DNA of 64,000 bases, from positions 25,417,648-25,481,647 of the forward strand of contig NC_092673.1 of assembly GCF_964355755.1 (NCBI RefSeq), written 5' to 3'. Source of the stretch: Antedon mediterranea (taxonomy: Eukaryota; Animalia; Echinodermata). The notes beneath the pieces are model-generated. The model saw nothing but the letters and a program-made list of their open reading frames with translations, was not told the origin of the DNA and ran no database searches. Positions 39,619 through 51,700 of the stretch are shown here, one piece after another; the first letter of the stretch is position 1; the number at the start of each line of letters is the position of its first letter. Both the position numbers and the translations under genes were made by a program.

Positions 39619-40635
39619 CTTTGTGAAACACATGTAATTATTTTTAATGTATGCTTATTAAAACGCAAATTAATGAAACCTTATTTTTTTTAACGCTTTT
39701 GTCTAAACACAATAAGCAGCTTTTCAATGTCGGTCGGATGATTAAAAAATCTTCATGCGATTTTGGGGAAATTCGTCAAATTTGCCCAAACATGTCAAAG
39801 CTAACCTTTAATGGTCCACATCTATAATTCATAACAGAGCGAATTTCAGAGCAAATTCCCGACCTTTAATTTTATATATAAATATAAGTTAGCCTATAAA
39901 TTGAAGGCAATGTTTTGTGGTTCTTAAAAAAGCTGTTTTCAAAGCTTAAAAGCAGTCCAAGCACGCAGTTGCGCATCATTAAGTATTTGAAAGTTATTGA
40001 TAATAAAAGGCAAAGCAAGTACAATATAAAGTTAAAATTATATGTATGTATGAGTGTTATCAGAGCTACATTAGACCAGGGAATTTTATTCTTTCCCGAC
40101 TACAAATAAGCCTACCGTCGATATCGATCCGTTGGATACAAATAGGCCTAATCTGCAACACCGATCTTGTTTTGAGCGGCGATTCCTGCCGATGTTAGAA
40201 TATAAACTTTGGTGTATAAAGAAATGTATTAGGAACATCGCTTTAATATTATTTTAATATTTATATTTAATTTCACTGGGCATTGATAGCTTAAGAACAC
40301 GTGTAATGCACATTACTGCATAACTTTGAACTAGGTAATTCTTACGCCATACAATTAGGATAAAACCTGATTTATATGAAATGTAATCGATATTGTGTTC
40401 AGAAATATTATTTATGATTATAGTACTACATTCAATATTGGAATTAATAATAAATCTTTAAAAAATAGCTTTAAACATCAAGTGTCTGTATTGGATTTTA
40501 TTCGTTGTTTGTATTTATACATATTTACAGTACTGATAAAACTGAAGAAAAATATAATATTAAATCAAGCAATGAAAAAAAAGGTGGTGATATACAGGAT
40601 GTCACACCACGCGTGTACCCATATTTGTGTTTAAT

Positions 40636-40931
40636 GCTCTGTCTACACATGGAGAAATAATTTCTCCATGGTCTACACTATCAAACTAGTTTGACAAACA
40701 AAGTGTGATGTGCCCAAATGTGGTAGTGATATGACATCCTCATATCCATATGGGCACATAACATTTTTTTGTCCCATAAAGTGTGATAGTGTAGACAGAG
40801 CTTAACACTATCAAATTAGTTTGACAAAAAAGTGTCATGTCAAAATATGGTATTGATATGACATAATCATGTCCATATATGGGCATATCACATTTATTTG
40901 TCACATTAAGTTTGATAGTGTAGACTGAGCT
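40636..40931. mobile_element. Two adjacent MITE family B copies
   Basis: GCTCTGTCTACAC...GATAGTGTAGACAGAGCT, then ACACTATCAAA...GATAGTGTAGACTGAGCT. Confidence 0.8.
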
Positions 40932-42516
40932 TAAAATGCATTTTGATGCTACCAAGGAGCAATTTCTGGTCAGCCTAATTTCTCTCAACTCCAAATACGA
41001 GGTGGCCTTACTGTCAATAATTAAATATTGTGGATATACAACCGAATCAAACAACCATAAATCAAATAATAATAATAATAATAATAATATATTTAACTAA
41101 TTAATGAATCTATCAATTAGTTATTGGAACATGATAATTAGTTTAACTCTAACAATCATCAGTAAATAAAAAGAGGCACTTCCTACTTGCTTTTTGCAAG
41201 AAAATAGGGTTAAATGGAGGGCACTGGTTGCCAAAATATTAGACATCTTTACATATTCATAGAAAAATTAACAAATGAATTAACCAATCGCCTTATTGAT
41301 GAAATAAGAAAACGAATGCAACAGAGCAACGTCTCATTTCAACACTTTACAACCATATTCCTATGTTGTGTGACTGAAGTACTGATGTGTAAAAATTAAA
41401 AATACCAAAATACTAATTCACACACAGTTTTAATTATTGTATGTCTCGCTTTTACGTATGCTTTATGTCCAGTGAACGATGTACCAAAACAAGAATCACT
41501 GGGTTTACACATATAAGCTATGTTAATGCAGTGTTTTCAAGAGCGGCTTTTTTGAATAAGTGCATCAAATGTACGTGCATTAAATAAATCATGGTAAAGG
41601 AAAAACAATGACATTGTTCTATGCTTTATCCGCATATATACCCATGTATATAATTATGACATTGATTACATACTGAATTATATTAAATCAGTTTTTAAAT
41701 TACACAAACACAAAACATGGCTGTTTTTCAAAGATATGGCAATCCTGCATATTTCAAATAATAAGCAAATTTGCAAATGAAAGGTTACCGACGTTTAATT
41801 TTGTTCAATTTCATTCCTTCTTAATGGTTATGAATGATGTCAATATCATCCAGGTAGTATTAAATATATTATCTCAAAATATGCATTCAATTAAATTGAA
41901 TAGAATTGCTGTACATCATACCACTTTGAAGTTACTTTTAAATATCATAATATTGCATTGGTGCACAGCTAACTAAACAAAAAGTTACTTAATTTAAGTA
42001 AAATTCTAGATAGCATAAATACAACTTTTTAACTCAACAACATAAAATGTTATTATACAAAACATAATATTAATTCTTATTTCAATTCGATAAACATTGC
42101 TAGAATCAATGTAAACAGTTATGTAAAGAGCCAATGATATTGAAATTAAAAGGGAAGGTGAAAAAGGCTCAGATATTTGTATCCTAATTTTAGGATAACA
42201 AACCTTTGAAAACAGTTAATCTGCAGAAGCCTGGAACCAACAGCAGTTCATCACAACTGAAAGGAACTACTATAGTTGTGTTAGCACAACCATGTTGCAT
42301 TGAGTAACTGAAAAGATCCAAGGTACAAGTGCTTTTGTGGCAGTCATCAGAAATTATGCTAAAAAACACAAACTTCTTAAACAATCTAATTACTATTCTT
42401 ATAACAATGTATACGCATTAACAAAAACAATGTCGCTGCACCATTTTGTAGACCAGGAAGAACGTTCTACGCACAAAACAACATCTAGCATAGCAGACAG
42501 GTAAAAACATTATTCA

Positions 42517-42750
42517 GAAATAAAACCATTTTGATATTATTTCCATAAATAAAGATTCTAAAGTTTGAACCAATCAACTTTTCTTACCCAATGGATGGGC
42601 AAAAACCTTATTCAAGAATAAAACCATTCCGATATTATTTTCATAAATAACGATTCTAAAGTTTGAGCCAATAAACTTGGTCCTTTTCTTACCAAAGAGA
42701 TGCCTATGTCCACTATGAAACATCTAGCCCAATGGATGGGCAAAAACCTT
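42517..42750. repeat. Tandem ~90-130-bp duplication just downstream of the HMG20-like stop codon
   Basis: AATAAAACCATT...GATTCTAAAGTTTGA...CCCAATGGATGGGCAAAAACCTT occurs twice. Confidence 0.75.
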
Positions 42751-42752
42751 CG

Positions 42753-45700
42753 TCAGAAATTGATGACCCCAAAGAGTGTTGGAATCATTCTCAGTCCATC
42801 TAATTGCCTTTGAAGTGCAGCGCCATACGTCTGCTGGTTTTTTAGTTCTTCTTCCTGTTTATAAATTGTATTCTAAAACAAAATATAATGATAATGAAAC
42901 AGTATATACAGTATAGCAATTCTGTATATGCAATCTGGAACTCAAATTTCAGGAAAAGTCAAACGGGGTGGTGTCAAAAAGTTTGGGTGAGTAAGAACAC
43001 ATGGGTACATGTTTCTTGGGTGGAGGTATGTTTAAATTAAGCTGAGTGGATGGTTGGAGGGGGTGGAATACTTTGTAGGTGCCTTTGGGTATCACCCACC
43101 TCTGCTCAGAACAATTATATCTATGCGTAGGAATAATATAGGACAAACAATAGCAAATAGTAATAGCATAAAACATACCTGTAAATCTTTTAAATCTCGA
43201 TTCAATATCATGTTAAGTTCCATCATTTCTTCTTGTCTTTTTCTCAAGATTCTCATTTCTAGCTCTCTCGCTGAAAAAAACACAAATCAAAACAAATTAA
43301 TGTTATTATACTTTTTGTTTTTAAATTGATATTTTACTTCCTTTACTGTTCTGTACTTTACTGTTCTGTACTTTACTGTTCTGTACTTTACTGTTCTGTA
43401 CTTTACTGTTCTGTACTTTACTGTTCTGTACTTTACTGTTCTGTACTTTACTGTTCTGTACTTTTTACTGTTCTGTACTTTACTGTTCTGTACTTTACTG
43501 TTCTGTACTTTACTGTTCTGTACTTTACTGTACTCTACTTTACTGTTCTGTACTTTACTGTACTCTACTTTACTGTTCTGTACTTTACTGTACTCTACTT
43601 AATACTGTTCTGTACTTTACTGTTCTGTACTTTACTGTTCTGTACTTTATTGTTCTGTACTTTACTGTTCTGTACTTTACTGTACTCTACTTTACTGTTC
43701 TGTACTTTACTGTACTCTACTTAATACTGTTCTGTATTTTACTGTACTCTACTTTACTGTTCTGTACTTTACTGTACTCTACTTAATACTGTTCTGTATT
43801 TTACTGTACTCTACTTAATACTGTTCTGTATTTTACTGTACTCTACTTAATACTGTTCTGTACTTTACTGTTCAGTCTGTACTTTACTGTACTCTACTTT
43901 ACTGTTCTGTACTTTACTGTACTCTACTTAATACTGTTCTGTATTTTACTGTACTCTACTTAATACTGTTCTGTACTTTACTGTTCTGTACTTTACTGTA
44001 CTCCACTTAATACTGTTCTGCACTTTACTGTTCTGTATTTTACTGTACTCTACTTAATAATGTTCTGTACTTTACTGTTCTGTACTTTACTGTACTCTAC
44101 TTAATACTGTTCTGTACTTTACTGTTCTGTACTTTACTGTTCTGTACTTTACTGTTCTGTATTTTACTGTACTCTACTTTACTGTTCTGTACTTTACTGT
44201 TCGCTATTTTACTGTACTCTACTTAATACTGTTCTGTACTTTACTGTTCTGTACTTTACTGTTCTGTACTTTACTGTTCTGCATTTTACTGTACTCTACT
44301 TAATACTGTTCTGTACTTTACTGTTCTGTACTTTACTGTACTCTACTTAATACTGTTCTGTACTTTACTGTTCTGTATTTTACTGTACTCTACTTTACTG
44401 TTCTGTACTTTACTGTTCGCTATTTTACTGTACTCTACTTAATACTGTTCTGTACTTTACTGTTCTGTACTTTACTGTACTCTACTTAATACTGTTCTGT
44501 ACTTTACTGTTCTGTATTTTATTGTACTCTACTTAATACTGTTCTGTACTTTACTGTTCTGTACTTTACTGTTTTGTACTTTACTGTTCTGTACTTTACT
44601 GTTCTGTATTTTACTGTACTCTACTTTACTGTTCTGTACTTTACTGTTCGCTATTTTACTGTACTCTACTTAATACTGTTCTGTACTTTACTGTTCTGTA
44701 CTTTACTGTTCTGTACTTTACTGTTCTCTACTTTACTGTTCTGTACTTTACTGTTCTGTACTTTACTGTACTCTACTTTACTGTTCTGTACTTTACTGTT
44801 CGCTATTTTACTGTACTCTACTTAATACTGTTCTGTACTTTACTGTTCTCTAATTTACTGTTCTCTAATTTACTGTTCTCTAATTTACTGTACTCTACTT
44901 TACTGTTCTGTACGTTACTTACATAAAACAACTTTGAAATTGATATGGTGCTTTCCAAAGATTATAATATTCAAAATTAGTATACATTGGAGAAATAAAT
45001 GTTAATGAAGCTAATGTGTTTTTTCAACTTTTAACTATTATTTTAATTTTATTCTCTTGTTTCCTCCTGATGATTCCAATACAAATCCCTTGCCCTCTAT
45101 CTGTTTATTTTTTTAGACACGTTATATTGTCTGAAGAGTTTGTTTTGAATTTGAGGATAATGAATGTAAGGATATGCTGTTATGCAATATTTTCAGAAGA
45201 CTAATTACAAATACTGCATATTGAAACAACTCTTGTAAATTTTAATTCAAATTGTCATTTATTCTTATTTTTCTCTCTCAAGATTCTCATTTCCAGATTT
45301 CATATCCATTCCAAATCACCTTCAGGGTTTAATTTTGAAAAGAGGAAGCCTCGAGATGTTTGTAAAAGCATTATAATACTATTTCTTTGCAATTATGGAA
45401 TTACTTAGAAGAATCAGAGTATTGTATTAAATTAAAAAAAAAACACTGTAAAGTAACCTCTGGGCAGCTTAATTTTTTCAAAACACGAACAAAACACAAT
45501 TTACTAATTTATATATCTTGGGATTGTCTTAAAACTAAATCACATAATGTGATGTACATATAATTAAACAACACAAATAATGAGTAAGTAGTAGACCATG
45601 TATTGTTTTATGTAAAATAAAAAAGAGGAAAGCTGAGGTGTAGGCCTATATATTTTTTTTTTCGATTCAATTTTTTTTCAAAGTATAACTATTAAAATGG

Positions 45701-48700
45701 CATTCAACAAAAAAAAATATTATTTTTTCCAGAGGGACAATACATCTTTAATAGGAGTTACAATTGGTTGATTGATTGAAATATATATTTATACTGGGTA
45801 ACCTCTTCAGTCAAAGACTGGTCTCCCAGAGGGCCCAGTTGGTGATCAGTGGCTGTGATGTACTAATACACCGGGGTAACCCCCTACTCGTCTCGAAAGA
45901 TGTACTAGGTTCTTTAAAGTGCACACGAGCAAGTTGTGTACACTGGACCTACGGTTTATAGTCCTTATCCGAGAAGACTCGTTCTACCACCAGAACCATG
46001 GAGTGAGTGAGCCTCGAACCCCTGCCGATGTTATGGCTACGTGATTACGGTTCCACTGTCTTAACCGCTCGGCCACTCACCCACATTTTTTTTTCAGGTG
46101 AAGTGGAAAAGGAATTGGTGTTAAATCATACTTTCAATTATTTGGTTACCTGCATTCAATTCTATAAATTCTTCTTTAAACTGTTCTAAATTTATTGGCG
46201 CAGGTAGAATCCTCTTTGGAACAAGAACACTCTCAATTTCTGTAAATTCAGCTTGTGTGTCGAGATTTCTCAAGGAACCATCCTGGTTGCTGTTATCCAA
46301 ATCAAACAATTCCTTTTCCACTTCACCTGAAAAAAAAATGTTTTGGTTTACATAATATTAATGAACTAGTAGTACTGCATATTATAATTATTATATACAG
46401 TGGATATATAATATACAGACGTTTGGAACAATTTGTCATCTTTCATGGAAAAGTGGTCTGGACTTTAGAAGAAATTTGATTTAATATTACTGTTTTTTAG
46501 TATTTAATGGATGTTGGGTACTGTGTAAGCATTACATTTCAAATATGTATTAATAGAAAATATTATTGAATAAAGTCTCTGAAAAGGAAAAAAAAATTAT
46601 TATTATACTGTATATAGAAACTTAAGAAGACACCTTTGGTACCAATCAGTGTCCCCTGATTAGGGGTACGAGCCTGGAATAGCCTAGGGCTTGGCTGACT
46701 TAAAACATGAAAGTCTCCACTTAATCCAAAAGAAGGGGTGCTACTGTATGAAAATTAGAGAAAACATGACATTCAACCTGCAATATGAACATTAACATTT
46801 AGTGTTTTTAAAGTTTTGTAGGACCCATCGAAATAACACTACCTTACTAAAAAGAAAAACATATAAATCAACATTTATAATATACTGTATAGGAAACAAA
46901 CAAGCACAGTTTTGTTTATGTGATGAAAAACAAAAAAGTATCAAAAGGTCAACTTATTTTCTTTGTAGTTCTAGAATATAAAAAAAAATATAAAAGCAAA
47001 ACATGCAACTAAAAAAAACAAACCAAAAAGGTAAAAGGTAAATTGCTATTTAAAAATATTTCTTTAATTGATGGTGCACTTTGAATGGAAAGGTGTAATG
47101 AGTTCCATAATTGTTATTAGATATCATATTTTAACATCTGTTATGAGTGCCTTTTACGGGAATTGTGATCCATTACATGTACAGCTCACTAATTTTATCA
47201 TATAAAACCTATTAAAATTCCCTGCCCACAAGACCCCCACTAAGAGAGTAATGTGACGTCAATATCATTCCAGACTTCACTCGGGGGCAACACTAACGTC
47301 CTGTTAATGTCATCTACATACGTGGGTGCAAGTACAATAATGAATATTTTATCATAACACAGAAAAAAATAAAACGTAAGCACACGGACTGTAAACAGCT
47401 GAGCATTTGGGAATATATTAAACAATATACAATAACAACGCTATTAAAAATTTCCCTAACCATAATAGTAAATCTTAAAGTAATATCTTAATTAAAATTA
47501 TTTAAATTGACACAAAAGTTACCCAACAAAAACCTTTAAGGTTTCAATAATAACCTTTATGAATACAATAATCATACAAAAAAACATGGCCGCAAGCATT
47601 TAACATTGAATAGAATTGATTTAATTTAAGTGTAATAGGATAATGTAGTCTTTTAATACATATTAAACTACTATAAACAATGTTGTACTTTCATCAGGAC
47701 AATATAATGTCATTAAGTAGCATAAAGAAGTTAACTTTCTTCAGTTCATGGAACGAATGGTTTTTGACTGAATGAACATGAACTTTAGATTAAATTAGAC
47801 TTTGTTATTAAAGTTAATTTCTATTTTGCATCAATGTATAGATAAGGTGCATAATCAGACAAGTCTGTAACTGTGTAAATTAACGGATCATTGTGCTTTA
47901 AGTGGGGTTAATCATGTTGAGAAAATAAATAAATAAATTTAACAAATATGTAGATTTAGGAAAGAACTGGAAAGTGCATAGACAGGCTATAAAATCATAT
48001 GATCATATGTACTGGATGTACTATGATGGCCATTGAAAGACTGATTTGTGGACTATGATATATTTTAGTATTACTTGTTTGGACTGTGTTATACTATGTG
48101 TTTACATTTTACTATTATATTTATGTCAACTTCATCACTGCTTACTTGATGCAATAAAGGAAATAAATAAATAAATTATTATTATTATTAAATGAGATAC
48201 AATGCCAGGTAGATGCACTTGTTATTATGTTTAGAAAACTTAGGCTAAATCTCTAACTACGTTATCAAACTCGTAAAAAAAAGTGTGATGTGCCCAAATG
48301 GTAGTGATATGCTTAAATATGGTAGTGATATGTGACATTATCATGTCCATATAATATATGGGTTTGATATGAAGTTTGATAGTGGAAACAGAGCTAAACT
48401 CAACTTAATGGTTTTAGAGGTTTTTAGATATATATCGATATTTATTCACTAAATTATGATTACATTGTTCTGCCAAAGCTTTTGCCAGATAAAATTTACC
48501 AGAATATGTTGGCTCCTAAAACCAGTAAAATTAACAAAATATAAAACAAAATAAACATTTTTAAAAGTTGTAATCTAGAAGGTATAGAAATTAAAAACAT
48601 TAAACAAAAGCAAAAGAGTGTATACTATCCTACAGTTAAAACTATCCCCCAAAAAAATCATACAATTGAAATTACATTTGTCATTTTATTATTCTTATTT

Positions 48701-51700
48701 ATATACTGGGTAGCCTCTTCAGTAAAAGACTGTTCTCCCAGAGGACCCAGTGTAAAGTACTATGATGAGTTAATGACAGTGGCTGTGTGTGAACAAGTAC
48801 ACTGGGGTAACCCCCTAATCATCTCTAAAGATGTACTAGGTTCTTTAAAGTGCACATGAACCAGATGTGTACACTGGATGGTTTATAGTCCTTATCCGAG
48901 AAGACTTGTTCTACCACCAGAACCATGGAGCTAGTGAGCCTAGAACCCTTGTCGATGTTATGTTATGGCTACATTTATTACAGTTCCACTGTATTAACCA
49001 CTTGGCCACTCACTCGCTGATAATTTTAATTAGTATGGGAGAGAGTGTCCACTACTTAACAACTTGGTTCCATTGACATGGAACTAATTTCTAAAAAAAG
49101 TAGATTCACATCAAATGCATAATTGAATAATAATGACTACAATTTTAATATCGGTGAATTGCAAAATTCGTTTAATATAGTAATAGTCATTTTCTCTTAT
49201 ATCAAAATTAATTTAAGTAACAATGGTTTATAATTAACTTTAATAAATACATTAAATTTGTCATATAACAGAACTGAATAAATAATTTACCGGTGCCTAA
49301 AGAAATCTTACAACCGCCTGTGGCGGTATAGGCAAGGAACAATCAAGTATGAACAAGTTTTTCACAGAGACGTTTATTGACCTAGTTTTTAGTGGGTTAT
49401 AACCATATTAAAAAGATAAATTTCTTTACAAAAATCCATATTATTAAAAAGATATAAAGAATCAAATAACGCTCCCGCTAATGTAAAATTATATGGGATT
49501 CTTTTACGTAGTGAATTACTGCTACTGTTTTTCTTATTTCCTATAACCTACATTTATCCGTTTATTACATTAAAAAATAAATGTATAATATGAAAAATGT
49601 TTCCTGGAAGCTACACTTTATTGAGGTGAAAAATGAATATTTGTTTCTAACTTGTCGGTTGAGCGGTGCTGGGTGTATATAAAGTGTGTAGAACGGATAT
49701 TAATACTGGTTTAATCTGGTAAATTATTTATTAAAAAATATATCAATACTGACAGACAATTTCAATACAATAATATTAACGAATGCTTTTAAGAATAGCG
49801 GTACAACACATTGTACTATACGGTGGCAAAGCAAGTGACATCTTGCAAGCTCTCATGTATCATGCAAAATAAATAAATCTAATAAAATTGATGCCAAAAA
49901 ATTCTAAAAAAAATTAATATTCTGTTTTCTGTCTTTTTATGTCATTATAGATGGTTAATTTACTATTTTTTAAAAATAAAAAATAACTCTGAAGTCATGA
50001 AACTAATTTTTAGATTGAATTTGGAAGTTTTACAGTAGCCTATTCATGAGACACCTCTCTCTATTCAGGGGACACTTTCGCATGAAAAAAAGGCCACAGC
50101 CAACCTCTGATCAGGGAAAATTCAATTGACTGCAAGGGAAATTTGGTTGGGTCTGGAAGCAAGGTGTGGCCTTAAAAGGGATGCTATTTTTATGTTTAAG
50201 TGAAGTCAAGTCAGATATATTATGGTGCTTTAACTTACATAGTTTTCCTGTCAAATTCAGTAAATGTTGTTTTCCATATAAATGCTCCTTTTTGTTGTGC
50301 ATTGAGCTAAAATACTGGTCACATGTTTTGCAGAAAAGTTCACACGAATCATCATCCTGTTAGAAAAAAAGGAACTACTTTAATTGATGAAGTATAGCTA
50401 AGGTATGGTAGTGTTTTCCACAGCACCATGGCATTTGACACCGCCTTGCTTTATACTCCTAGGTATTCTTTTGTAGGTAACAAGATGGGATTCGGTAATT
50501 AAAGCGACGCATCAGAGCGGGAAGCGCTGAATGATTTTAATTCACACTAGCGCCACCTACGTTCACACAGCAAATGTCACAAAACCCCATAATTTATACA
50601 ATTTTCTAGGAACCATAAGTTACATACCATTGACTCAAAACATGAAGATTACTCCAAAAAATATTTGTTATTCTTAAATACTGTACTAAAATACAATTCT
50701 AATGTAAAATGTCTTAATATTATGTTTACAAAAACCAGAAGAGCGCCTGATAGGATAATTATCTGGAAAAAAAAGCTCTATTTATCCACTTCTGCCATAT
50801 TAATATGCAAAAAGCATACTCATTTTGATTTGTTGTATGGCATAAATATATATATTGCATATTTATTAAAATGTAATGTCTAAAATTACATCATTTGTGA
50901 ATTGTTTATTAGAAAAATTAAATGAAAAGAGTTATTAGTATTACAATACAGTAGTAGTAATTATAAATGAGGGCGCTATCAAGATTTTTCAATTGCACAT
51001 TGTATACTTCTAGGCTTGCTTCTGTTTTGGTTTAAATTAGCCTATTTATTAAAATATAATAATACAATACCTCCATATTCATGCCACTAAGTAAAGTTGA
51101 TTCAATGTCTGGTTCCAAAGCATCAGGATCTACACCTAAACAAGCAAAAATATAATCTTTAAATATAAAGCAAAAACAGTTTCTGCAAGTATTAAGTTTT
51201 CAAGATTTATGTAAATAAATAAAAAGGCAATATCAATTTTCATATAATGGTAGTCATATGCCCAACTATATGGTAGTGGTTATGGCATCCTCATGTCCAT
51301 ATATGGGCACAGCACATTTTGTTGTCACATAAAGTTTGATAGTGTAGACAGAGCTTAAGTTGCAATATAATTATATAGTATTGTATAGTATGCACATAAA
51401 TCTTTTTGAAACTATATGAAAATTGATATTGCCTTTTTATTTATTTACATAATTCTTCAAAAATGATTACAAAATGTTTAGAGCAGTGATTTTACTGTGG
51501 GACTGATTTTAATTTACAAGTACTCCCCCATAGCAAAAAATTTAGTGGATTTAGGAAGGCTTTGGTAAAAATAGCATTTTTAGTAGCCCTAATAGTTTTT
51601 TAGTAGACCTTTTATCTCGCCTACTAAGGAATTTAACTCAATGAGTCAACGATGGAATGACTACTTCTCAGCTATATAAAAAATAGATAGTTGATTAATA

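Noticed and set aside
43326-44825. Repetitive ORFs (VLYCS / VLYFT / LLFCT)n
   Set aside because: Frames of the 15-bp satellite.
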